IMG/VR virus record: IMGVR_UViG_3300020472_001862
Span: 1-64,000 of that record
DNA from: a virus
Strand: one strand, 5' to 3'
Length of the DNA: 64,000 nucleotides
Shown: positions 34,809 through 43,812 of the stretch, piece after piece
Layout: every line of letters begins with the position of its first letter
Position numbering within the stretch: the first letter of the stretch is position 1
The notes under the pieces: model-generated
What the model was told of the DNA's origin: nothing
Seen by the model: only the letters and a program-made list of their open reading frames with translations
Database searches by the model: none
Translations under genes and position numbers: made by a program

Positions 34809-37800
34809 GTAAATCTTCGGTCCATTGCTCTGTGAATGGTACTATCATTGTTTCTAATTCCTGGGCTACCCATAACACCTATAAGTTTATCATCTGATTT
34901 GCCACTTGCTGGTGCACTAGTAGAGTTATTGTTTACTACAACTGGTTGGGGTTGAGCACTGGCCATATCGGCAGCTTCACCACTTAATCGTCCCATGTTT
35001 TCAACTGCTAATGCTGTTTTGTTACCTTCAGCATTAATACCTGCCTCATTCATTGATGCCTGATCTAATGTTCCTGATTCTAGTTTTTGTACCATCTCAG
35101 CTTTAGCATTTCTTTTCTCTTCTAAAGTATCCTTAACTAGTTGCATATCTTCACCTGTTAAATCATCATCTTTTATGATAGCCTTAAGTTGACTTATAGA
35201 TGCGTCTTTAAGTTTTTCTTTATCTATTGTAGACTCACCAAATAATTTTTCGTCATACAAGCCACTTTCTTTAGCTTGATCCATACCTGCTTCTAAGTCT
35301 GTGGTTGTAGTAGCATCTGTAATTGCATTCTTTATCATTCCAAAAGGACTAGCATCAAATGCTTTACCAAAGAATCCTCTATCGTCTACACCCGCTTCCT
35401 TAATGTTAGCTTGTTCGTCATTAATAACATCATCTAAATTTTCACCCTGTGCAACTCTCTTTTCTATTCTAGCTGCTAGTTCTGGATCTTTTTCTTTAAG
35501 TGCTTCTAATGTTTGAGCGCCTGTCTTACCATATATACCTTTAGAAATAGTATCTGCATCTGCGAGTCCTAATGTTAGTGCTGATAAAGCTCCACCTGCT
35601 GCACTGGCAGCTTTCATACCGCCTGTTGCGTCTTTACCCTCTACACCAAACTCATCTGTTTTTCCAAACTGATTAAATGCTCCATAAGCAGCTGTACCTA
35701 CAGCAGCTATTCCTGCTAGTGGACCGGCAAACCTTGCTGCTCCTTTTAATAGTCCGCCTGCTTTACCTGCCAGCCTACCTAACTTGCCTAACTTACCGCC
35801 TCTCTTTTTACCACCTCTCTTACCGCCTCTTTTACCGCCTTTTTTCTTACCGCGATTCATAATCATATCCATCATGCCACCACCACTATCTTCTCCACCG
35901 CCACCGCCTAGGCCACCGGCTTCAATGTTTTGTAGTGACTCTAACATCTGTTCTAGTGTGTCTAATTGTCTTTCTGCAAATGACTCTGTGTCTTGTCCTG
36001 TTCTTTCATCTTTGCCTTTGATAGCGTCTGCAAGTTCATCAAATTTTTCTTCTAAGTGCGTATCATGTGTAAAGATAGATCCTTCTGTTGTAGCTTCTTT
36101 TGTTAAAGTAGCAATGTCTTCTGCTGTAGCTTCTGTGTTCTCTGCTGTAGCTTCTAGATCAGCTATGTTTTCTTCTGAGGCTTTTCGTACAGATCCGTCT
36201 CGGTTTTCTTCTGGAATATTTTTATCTCTCCATTCATCTTTCTTACTAGGATCAAATATAGGCTGTCCAGTCTTTGAATCAACATTTCCAGGTTGATTTA
36301 ATATGCCAAGACCTGTATCACTACTCATCATTCTAGCTTGAGCTTCACCTTGACTCTCTACTTCTAAATCTCTTTGTGCTGCCTCTTTAAACTGAAGATC
36401 TCCTTGAAGGCTTTCAAAGTTAGAAAGTTTACCTGTGTTAGCATCTCCAAAAATACGAGAACTATCAAATACTTGACTCATGGCATTCTTAGATAAATTC
36501 ATTCTACCTATTGTTTGGTTTAGAGTTCTATTGAATACTCCTCCACCTATTGCTTTTGCTTTGGCAAATCCTGTTTTACCTTCAGCATCTTTGCCTATGT
36601 TACCTTTATCAAATATACCTTTAAAGCCTTTGCTATCCGGTGTACCAAATAATCTATCTTTTGATTCTTGTGCTTGAAGAGGATCTCCCTGATTAACTCC
36701 AAAGAAAGCTTTAGTTATGGATGAAACTTTTCCTTCTTTACCTGCAGATGCTTTGTTAACACCTTCCAAGTTTAACATTTTTGCTAAATCTTCTCCACCT
36801 GTAACTTTAAGTCTTTCTATATTCTTAGTTACCTGGCCTCTTAATTCGTTTTGTTTCTTAGGATCTTTATTTTCTTGCATTGCTCCCAATGCTTTTATGA
36901 CGTCTCCTAAGTCTGCCTTGGCATCCTCATTTGCATCTAATGCCTTTTGTACAGCAGCTGCGTTAGCTCCTATATTTTTATTTAATTCTGCTGCTCCTTG
37001 TGAGCCTTGATTTTGTAATCTGTTTCTTGTTGTTCCTACAACACCCTGAGATATTCTTACATCTTCTGCCAATGCTTTAATAGGATCTGTAACTGCAAAT
37101 TTACCGGTATCTACATTTTGAAATTTAGCAGTACCTGTTGTCTTATAATCGCCTGCTCTTTTATAATTAGTTTGACCTACTCTTATTTGTTCGTCTTCTC
37201 TAAACACAAGATTCTGTGTTCTATCAAACATGTCTTGGTTAGGTGATAATTCCTGTCCAGATATTTTTCTTTTATTTAAACTCTTGCCTGTCGTTTTAAC
37301 ATCGCCGGAAAGAGAGCCTATATCCTTTACTCTACTTTCTCTTTTTAAAGCAGCCTGATCTCTTTCAAATTGTCTGGCATAGTCTTCATCGTCCATGCCA
37401 TAGCCTTTACGCTTTTTCTCTGTATCTAATTTCTCCCCTGTGCCTGCTGCACCTTCACCTTGGCCTACGGTTGTTTGTTCTGCAATCTTTCTATCTTTTG
37501 CAGATATTGTTTTCTTCTTTCTTTCCTTTTTAATCTTCTCATCTCTAGCATCTGCTACCTCGTCTTGACCGGCAAACAAATCTCCTTGTGCGCTTTCTTT
37601 TTTCTTTCGTTTTTCAGTAGACTCTTTTGTATTCTTAGCTGCTTGATCTAGGTCTTTTTCTGCTTGTGTTTTTTGACTATCCGGTTTATTAGGTCCAGGA
37701 CCAGGCTTGCCACCCAATCCAGCTCCGCCAATTCCACCTTGTTTACTAATAAGAGCTAAAGTTTTTTCAATTCTATTCAACCCTTCTAGAGTCATTTTGT

Positions 37801-38131
37801 TTTGTTCTAGAATAATTTCTCTGGCTGCTTTACCGCCCTTATCTCTTTTTAATTGGCTAGCTTTTTCTTCCTTTAGTTCTGCTAGATTCTTATCTGCTGT
37901 TTCTTGCGCCTTCTTATTTGACGCCATTTCTTTTATCTTACCTGCAATATCAACAGCTAACTGTATTTTATTAAGTTTATCGTTACCTTGTGCGATACCC
38001 TTAAGGACCGTGGTTTCTTCTTTTATGGCAGCTTCAAGATTTTTAAGCTCATCTGATGAAGCCATATCTTTACCAGCATCACCAACTGCTTTAACCTCAT
38101 CTATTAAACCTTTTAACTTCTTGTCATCCAT
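34805..38131 (-). CDS. tape-measure-like / baseplate hub protein (gp29-like)
   Basis: 1108 aa, helical, Ala/Gly/Lys-rich, PVVVNNNST C-terminus; immediately downstream of gp26-gp51. Confidence 0.65.
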   Translation of the reverse strand: MDDKKLKGLIDEVKAVGDAGKDMASSDELKNLEAAIKEETTVLKGIAQGNDKLNKIQLAVDIAGKIKEMASNKKAQETADKNLAELKEEKASQLKRDKGGKAAREIILEQNKMTLEGLNRIEKTLALISKQGGIGGAGLGGKPGPGPNKPDSQKTQAEKDLDQAAKNTKESTEKRKKKESAQGDLFAGQDEVADARDEKIKKERKKKTISAKDRKIAEQTTVGQGEGAAGTGEKLDTEKKRKGYGMDDEDYARQFERDQAALKRESRVKDIGSLSGDVKTTGKSLNKRKISGQELSPNQDMFDRTQNLVFREDEQIRVGQTNYKRAGDYKTTGTAKFQNVDTGKFAVTDPIKALAEDVRISQGVVGTTRNRLQNQGSQGAAELNKNIGANAAAVQKALDANEDAKADLGDVIKALGAMQENKDPKKQNELRGQVTKNIERLKVTGGEDLAKMLNLEGVNKASAGKEGKVSSITKAFFGVNQGDPLQAQESKDRLFGTPDSKGFKGIFDKGNIGKDAEGKTGFAKAKAIGGGVFNRTLNQTIGRMNLSKNAMSQVFDSSRIFGDANTGKLSNFESLQGDLQFKEAAQRDLEVESQGEAQARMMSSDTGLGILNQPGNVDSKTGQPIFDPSKKDEWRDKNIPEENRDGSVRKASEENIADLEATAENTEATAEDIATLTKEATTEGSIFTHDTHLEEKFDELADAIKGKDERTGQDTESFAERQLDTLEQMLESLQNIEAGGLGGGGGEDSGGGMMDMIMNRGKKKGGKRGGKRGGKKRGGKLGKLGRLAGKAGGLLKGAARFAGPLAGIAAVGTAAYGAFNQFGKTDEFGVEGKDATGGMKAASAAGGALSALTLGLADADTISKGIYGKTGAQTLEALKEKDPELAARIEKRVAQGENLDDVINDEQANIKEAGVDDRGFFGKAFDASPFGMIKNAITDATTTTDLEAGMDQAKESGLYDEKLFGESTIDKEKLKDASISQLKAIIKDDDLTGEDMQLVKDTLEEKRNAKAEMVQKLESGTLDQASMNEAGINAEGNKTALAVENMGRLSGEAADMASAQPQPVVVNNNSTSAPASGKSDDKLIGVMGSPGIRNNDSTIHRAMDRRFT

Positions 38132-38136
38132 TTATT

Positions 38137-38280
38137 TTACCAACCTTTATTTCTTTGAGCCTTTTCTTTAGCCTTTTCGGCTTTGTTTTTTAAATGTACT
38201 ATAAGCATTCCTACATACACTTCCCTTTCCCAGGGCATCATATTTTCTAATTCTGTTAGACTATAATGATGTTCCTGCAT
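38137..38280 (-). CDS. gp51: gp51-like baseplate hub assembly protein; not in the ORF track; probably also made as a -1 frameshift extension of gp26
   Basis: MQEHHYSLTELENMMPWEREVYVGML; frame open upstream to the slippery site at 38337-38343. Confidence 0.8.
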   Translation of the reverse strand: MQEHHYSLTELENMMPWEREVYVGMLIVHLKNKAEKAKEKAQRNKGW

Positions 38281-38330
38281 TAACAAAAAATTAGTCCTGT
38301 AATAATTATCAAGACTTTCCTGAGAAAGGC

Positions 38331-39020
38331 TTAGGCGAAAAAATGTTCGTATCCATTAATGTTAACTGCTTGGTCTTCACCACAATGTGGACACTCATAT
38401 TCAATCAACTTCTGTAATACAGGCATTGATCTAATAAACTCTCTCATTTTTTCAAACACATCAATAGGAAGATCATTAATAAATTCATCAACTTCCTCTC
38501 TTTTAACATCTTCAATAAATTGTTCCTCTTCTTCAGTAACAATAGATTCTATACAATGTATAATAGTATCGATGTCTGTTTGCCCTTCTTCCTGTGTAAC
38601 TTTCACTGCACTCGGAAATTTCATTTTTATCATAAATTCATCATTAACTTTTATTTCTCTATCTGCGACTCCACTAAGATCGCCTACACCCATCTCATTT
38701 AGATCTAAAGTATAGTTTATAGTGCCTTGGCAATTACCACATACAAGATTAAAATCCTGACTCTCACCAACTGAGGCCATTCTTATTTTTACAAACAAGT
38801 CTTGTAATTGAAACATTGGCATATTCTCGACATTTAATTTCTCGAATGTGCAATTGTCTACAACTTGAGCACAAGCCTGTACCATCTCTTTGTAGTCATC
38901 ACCTTCACTCGCTAGCATTAGAATCTTTTCTTCCTTAACTAGAAAGGGTCTGTATTTAACAGTCTCTCCAGATAACGCAAGAGTAGTATCATATACTGGC
39001 GTATCTATTTTAGGTAACAT
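38331..39020 (-). CDS. gp26: baseplate hub assembly protein gp26
   Basis: LPKIDTP.Y...VKYRPFLVKEEKIL, IRMASVGE, two CxxC. Confidence 0.9.
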   Translation of the reverse strand: MLPKIDTPVYDTTLALSGETVKYRPFLVKEEKILMLASEGDDYKEMVQACAQVVDNCTFEKLNVENMPMFQLQDLFVKIRMASVGESQDFNLVCGNCQGTINYTLDLNEMGVGDLSGVADREIKVNDEFMIKMKFPSAVKVTQEEGQTDIDTIIHCIESIVTEEEEQFIEDVKREEVDEFINDLPIDVFEKMREFIRSMPVLQKLIEYECPHCGEDQAVNINGYEHFFA

Positions 39021-39042
39021 AATTTTATTTCTCCATTATTAA

Positions 39043-39675
39043 TTATTTGTCCCATTGGTTTGATATAGAAGATCTATTAGAAGGACTTGTTCCAAAAGAT
39101 TCTATACCATCTCCTTTCTTGGAATCACTAGATTCCCAATACGCTGCTGAGACAATTAGCGTATTTCTAATTGGCGCTACTGTACCACTAGACATAGGTA
39201 CTAAGTTTAAAACCTTTGGCATACATTCATACAAGCGCCATTTCTTTGTAATATTGTCTTGTAAATCTAAAGTAGCAATATCAACAGTACAAGTTACATC
39301 ATCTATATAACCTAGTTCTTGGCTATTAGTATCTGCACAAGCTGATATCCATTCTTCAAAAAATGATCTTAATTCCCAATCATTTGTTGTTAGAAATGTA
39401 AAGTTAATTTCGTTTCCTAAGAATCCTACTTTAGTGTTTCTAAAGAAAGTCCAAGGACCTATGTTAAATTCTTTGTTACTTAATATCATACCTGGGATTT
39501 GTACTTCTTCACAATACAACTGACCTGTTTTAATAGGATCTTTCCTATCACCTTTCCCTACATTTTTGTCTTTTATTTCCCCTAGATTAAAAGTAACCTC
39601 AAACCTATCTGCTCTAGCAAAGGTTCTTTTTTTAATATCTTCTATGTAATTATTAAGTTTATGATTTGCTGGCAT
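39043..39675 (-). CDS. tail tube-fold protein (gp54-like baseplate-tube initiator)
   Basis: FARADRFEV, CEEVQIPG, FFEEWI, LYECMPK; position next to gp2/gp26. Confidence 0.7.
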   Translation of the reverse strand: MPANHKLNNYIEDIKKRTFARADRFEVTFNLGEIKDKNVGKGDRKDPIKTGQLYCEEVQIPGMILSNKEFNIGPWTFFRNTKVGFLGNEINFTFLTTNDWELRSFFEEWISACADTNSQELGYIDDVTCTVDIATLDLQDNITKKWRLYECMPKVLNLVPMSSGTVAPIRNTLIVSAAYWESSDSKKGDGIESFGTSPSNRSSISNQWDK

Positions 39676-40286
39676 TATACTTTCCCTACATTAATAGACT
39701 GACGTCTTTTTCTTTCTGGTTTTTCCATTGTTGTTCTATATACTGTTCTATCTGATGCACCAACAAAGTTTTGTACAGGTAAAAATATAGCTGCTTTCCA
39801 ATTTTTAGGATGTACTTCTATCATTTTGCCTGTTATGTTAACAGACAAATATTTTTTAACAGAGCCTCTTACTTCTGGAAATCTACTAAAGTTACTTAAA
39901 TAACTCCAATTAGCTTTTAATTCACTTTCATCTGTTAAGTTTCTATTTGAAGGCATTATCTTATCAATAAGATTTGCTCTTAGTGTAGGAGCTAAATAAT
40001 GTAGGTTAATACCACTAAATCCAGATGGCATTGGTTCTGTAATTATAACCAATGGAACAGTATCATAATATGGTAAGTCTGCTTTCCATTTAGGGTCATA
40101 AGAAAACATATACATTTTTCCTACTGCTAAAGTTCTTGCTTCTTTACCTAAATCTGTTTGGCTAGCCTCTTGAAAAGTATTAACTCCTCTAGCATATTCA
40201 CGAACAGCACGAACATACCATTGGACTGACTTGTCTTGGTGTCTATTGCCTGCCGCTTGCTGTATATCTTTGAATGGTGTAGCCAT
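39675..40286 (-). CDS. gp2: DNA end protector gp2
   Basis: GKMYMFSYDPK..LPYYD..PL, GINLHYL, W..AIFLP. Confidence 0.9.
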   Translation of the reverse strand: MATPFKDIQQAAGNRHQDKSVQWYVRAVREYARGVNTFQEASQTDLGKEARTLAVGKMYMFSYDPKWKADLPYYDTVPLVIITEPMPSGFSGINLHYLAPTLRANLIDKIMPSNRNLTDESELKANWSYLSNFSRFPEVRGSVKKYLSVNITGKMIEVHPKNWKAAIFLPVQNFVGASDRTVYRTTMEKPERKRRQSINVGKV

Positions 40287-40291
40287 GTAAG

Positions 40292-40299
40292 TATTTATA
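40292..40299 (-). promoter_or_regulatory. T4-type late promoter for gp2
   Basis: TATAAATA on - strand 5 nt before ATG 40286. Confidence 0.7.
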
Positions 40300-40746
40300 C
40301 TAGATACCGAGTTCTTTCTCCGTAACTATTTTAAATTCCATGCCTTGAGACTTACAAAAATCCTTAGCAGCTATCCATTTAGCTTCGTTAACTCCGTATT
40401 GTGCTATTTCTTGTAAGTATCTTTTAGTTTTTCTTTTGCCTGGCTGTGGAGCTTTTGTAAATCTTTCAGGTTTAACCTCTATTAAATACTTCTTTATACT
40501 ATCTTTCTCTTGTACTTCTATATAGAAATCAACCATATACCTGCGTATCTTATTGTCTAATGGATTGCGATAGGGTATAGCAATCTCTTCTGATACCCAA
40601 CCTTTAATAGAGTTACTACGATCACACCAGTTCATAAACTTTAATTCGTAACTTGATCTATAGGTTATTGAGTTGAAGTCGCCGAGATACTTCGTTGGGT
40701 TCTTAGGAATAAACTTTCCTTTATAAATTTCTTTGGCATAAACCAT
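40300..40746 (-). CDS. gp4: head completion nuclease gp4 (TnsA-like)
   Basis: YKGKFIPKNP.KY.GD, YRSSYE, W.SEE, RYMVDF, IEVKP, N.AKW.AA. Confidence 0.93.
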   Translation of the reverse strand: MVYAKEIYKGKFIPKNPTKYLGDFNSITYRSSYELKFMNWCDRSNSIKGWVSEEIAIPYRNPLDNKIRRYMVDFYIEVQEKDSIKKYLIEVKPERFTKAPQPGKRKTKRYLQEIAQYGVNEAKWIAAKDFCKSQGMEFKIVTEKELGI

Positions 40747-40781
40747 ATAAATAAGACTATAATGTTAAATAACTATTTATA
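40746..40781. promoter_or_regulatory. overlapping divergent late promoters (TATAAATA + at 40746; - at 40774-40781)
   Basis: exact consensus on both strands between gp4 and gp48. Confidence 0.75.
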
Positions 40782-40794
40782 GGAGAATATTTAC

Positions 40795-41901
40795 ATGCCG
40801 ATCAAGAGTTTAATAGGATCAGCTGCTGGAGCGCTTGGACTAGGCCGCAAGAAAAATAGCCCTCAAGTATATCTATATCCCCAAGAACTGGGAGATAAAA
40901 GATTTCCTAACATGGTTAAGTTCAACATCTTTGCTAAAAAGATTACAGCAGCTAAAGGACAAAGAGACTACGGCGATTTATCTGCTTCGGATATACAAAG
41001 TCGAGCTAATGAAAATAGATCCAAAGCAGAAAACTATGAGAAGATAACAAAAAGAGCAACCTTAATAGCAGGTACAGTAGGCAGTTATTATGCTGGGAAG
41101 GCCACTTCAGGAGATAATGTTAGTAAGTTTATGGAGATGGGTAAAGGTTTATTAGGCGGAGTAGTTGCTACAGGTGTTATGGCTGCTGTAGATGAAAATC
41201 AGGAAACAGTAAAATTAAAAGAATCAATATCTCTTTATGTACCTCAATCTATTATAGCAGCTTATACGGCGAATTGGGACGAAACAGATTTGGGTCCTTT
41301 CGCAGGTCAAATAGGAGCAGGTTCAGGTGGAATTACAGATATAATGAATACAGACGCAATGGAGCTTGGAGGAAGGGGAGCTATAGCAGCAGCTGCCAAT
41401 GTACCCTCAGCAGTAGGTGTAGGAGATTTTGATTTAGGTAATTTGTTTGAAGCGACAAGCAAAAAGATTGGTAACCCATACAAAGAACAATTATTTAAAT
41501 CAATGGGCTTTAGGCAGTTTTCATTTCAATATCAATTTTCTCCTAAAAACGAGAAAGAAGCAACAGAGGTTCAAGAGATTATTAGTTTATTTAAAGAAAA
41601 TATGCACCCAGATGTTAGTGAGGATGGCATGATGTTAATTTATCCTTCAGAGTTTTCTATAGAGTTTCATCATAGAACAAGTGATACTTCATCTGCAATA
41701 AACAAAAACTTACCTAAAATATCTTCATGTGCATTAAAAAATTGTAAGGTAACTTATGGCCCAGATGGAATGTTAAACACATTTAAAAATTCAGAAGGCA
41801 TGCCAACAGAAACAACTATGGAACTACAATTTGTAGAACTAGAAACTCTTACAAGTAAACGAATAAGAGAAGCCAGAGAAGAAGGCAAGGGAGAATTTTA
41901 A
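40795..41901 (+). CDS. gp48: baseplate tail tube cap gp48
   Basis: ISLYVP, NPYKEQLF..MGFRQFSF.Y.F.PKN..E, YP.EF.IEF, L.F.ELE. Confidence 0.88.
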   Translation: MPIKSLIGSAAGALGLGRKKNSPQVYLYPQELGDKRFPNMVKFNIFAKKITAAKGQRDYGDLSASDIQSRANENRSKAENYEKITKRATLIAGTVGSYYAGKATSGDNVSKFMEMGKGLLGGVVATGVMAAVDENQETVKLKESISLYVPQSIIAAYTANWDETDLGPFAGQIGAGSGGITDIMNTDAMELGGRGAIAAAANVPSAVGVGDFDLGNLFEATSKKIGNPYKEQLFKSMGFRQFSFQYQFSPKNEKEATEVQEIISLFKENMHPDVSEDGMMLIYPSEFSIEFHHRTSDTSSAINKNLPKISSCALKNCKVTYGPDGMLNTFKNSEGMPTETTMELQFVELETLTSKRIREAREEGKGEF

Positions 41902-42416
41902 TGTATTTCAAAGCACTACCCAGAATGGTTTATCCCTGGAAAGATAACGAAGGACAATTTAAAGGAGCCGTTGTACCTGATATTTTTCGTCGAGTACAAC
42001 TAGATAAATTTTTTAAGAATAGACAACTATTACTTAGTGACTGGGTAGAAGATGGGGACATGCCAGAACATGTAGCACACAAATACTATGGCTCTGTAGA
42101 GTATCATTGGATTGTATTATTATCTAATAATATTACTGATGTTAGAAAAGAATGGCCACTATCTCACAGAAGTTTAGTAGACTATGTTGAAGATAAGTAT
42201 GGCACAGGTAACGCATCGGCAGTACATCATTATATAGACAATACAACTAAATTAATCGTTGACTGGGATCAAGCAAAATTAAATGCAGGTACAATTTCAG
42301 GAGTTTCCAATTATGATTATGAAACAGAAGTTAATGATACCAAGAGGCAAATTACATTATTAAATAAAAAGTTTTTAAAGGACATCGTAACACAGTATAA
42401 AAAATTGGTGAAATAA
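41901..42416 (+). CDS. gp53: baseplate wedge gp53
   Basis: MYFKALP, GDMPEHVAHKYYGS...HWIVLLSN, EWP, HHY, N..KR.I.L. Confidence 0.9.
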   Translation: MYFKALPRMVYPWKDNEGQFKGAVVPDIFRRVQLDKFFKNRQLLLSDWVEDGDMPEHVAHKYYGSVEYHWIVLLSNNITDVRKEWPLSHRSLVDYVEDKYGTGNASAVHHYIDNTTKLIVDWDQAKLNAGTISGVSNYDYETEVNDTKRQITLLNKKFLKDIVTQYKKLVK

Positions 42417-42420
42417 TATT

Positions 42421-43812
42421 ATGGCCGAGGAAGTTTTAATAAAGCCCGGTGATGTAACAATAGACGAACTGTTCATTACAGCACACGATGGCACAAACTA
42501 CAATCTTAAAGACGAAGGAATGTTCGCAGAAATTAACATATATGAGGATATATGGAATAAGTTTTTGACAGGAAACATTGCTCTTAAAGATGCTACCAAC
42601 TTTATAACAAACGCCCCTATAATGGGAGGCGAGTTAATAACAATAAAATTAAGAACTAATACCTTCGAGGATACACCAGATACAATTATAGATAAATCAT
42701 TTCAAATTTATTCAATTAAGAATAGAGCATTAAATAATGATAGGGAACAATTATACATGTTAAACTTTTGTTCTATAGAAATGATGTCAGATCAAACACA
42801 TACATTATCTCAAAGATATAAAGGCAATACTGAGGATATTATAAAAAACATATATGATAATTTTATAGTAGAAGCAAGACGTCCAATGGAAGGAACAGAC
42901 CCAACAGGTATTCTTATAGGAGATACACCTCATGTTTCCAATATAAACTTTATTGCAAACAACTGGACACCAGTACAAACTTTTGATTTTATGTCTAAAT
43001 ATATTAGAGGCAATAAACATGTAGGGGCAGATTTTATATTCTATGAGTCATCCAAACGATTTTATTTTACCTCATTACAAGCATTAATAAATGATGGTAA
43101 AGATAATGTTTTTGAGGAATATGTTTATTCTCCTTCGAATTTAAAAGTAGAACACAGGAGTTCAGGAGATAAGTTTATTGGTACTCCTTTGCCTTTACCC
43201 TGGTGTAAAATTGATGCTATGAAAATACCTAGAACTATAGACATTATAGATGGACAAGACTCAGGATACTATGCCCAAAGTGTAAGAGCATATGATATAT
43301 TTACAAAAGAAACTATAGCAGCTGAAATTGATGTTAGAAAAGATTTTAGTAAATTTGTTCATACTGATGATGGAACACCTGTACCTGAAGGAATAAAAAG
43401 AAATCCTAACTCAATGACAACATTAAAGGTATTGAATAGTGTAAACAATATGACACAAACAGCAAATATACCTGGCTCAAAATCAGGCAATTCTGATAGT
43501 GAAAATATTATAGGAGCAAGTTTATTTAGAGACAATTATTTTAATTCTTTCAAAGACTTTCAATTTGAAATAGATGTGCCTGGTAGGACAGATATAGAAT
43601 GTGGTAATATAATTTACATACAATATCCATCACCTAGATCTAAAACAGCAGATTTAAGTTTTGATGATATATACGATAAACAATTATCAGGCAAGTATAT
43701 TATTACAGCAATAAGACATAAAATAGATACAGTAGCTCATGTTATGAAAATGGAAATTATGAAAAATGGATTGCCTGAATCAATGGGTGAGCCGGAGAGT
43801 AGAGATGAGTAA
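42421..43812 (+). CDS. baseplate hub protein (gp27/VgrG-like)
   Basis: INIYEDI...PIMGGE.I, FIFYES, VPGR, LSGKYIITAIRH; between gp53 and gp5. Confidence 0.7.
   Translation: MAEEVLIKPGDVTIDELFITAHDGTNYNLKDEGMFAEINIYEDIWNKFLTGNIALKDATNFITNAPIMGGELITIKLRTNTFEDTPDTIIDKSFQIYSIKNRALNNDREQLYMLNFCSIEMMSDQTHTLSQRYKGNTEDIIKNIYDNFIVEARRPMEGTDPTGILIGDTPHVSNINFIANNWTPVQTFDFMSKYIRGNKHVGADFIFYESSKRFYFTSLQALINDGKDNVFEEYVYSPSNLKVEHRSSGDKFIGTPLPLPWCKIDAMKIPRTIDIIDGQDSGYYAQSVRAYDIFTKETIAAEIDVRKDFSKFVHTDDGTPVPEGIKRNPNSMTTLKVLNSVNNMTQTANIPGSKSGNSDSENIIGASLFRDNYFNSFKDFQFEIDVPGRTDIECGNIIYIQYPSPRSKTADLSFDDIYDKQLSGKYIITAIRHKIDTVAHVMKMEIMKNGLPESMGEPESRDE

Noticed and set aside
35301-38171. Several + strand ORFs of 61-170 aa
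   Set aside because: All are antisense to the tape-measure-like gene and have no initiation signals.
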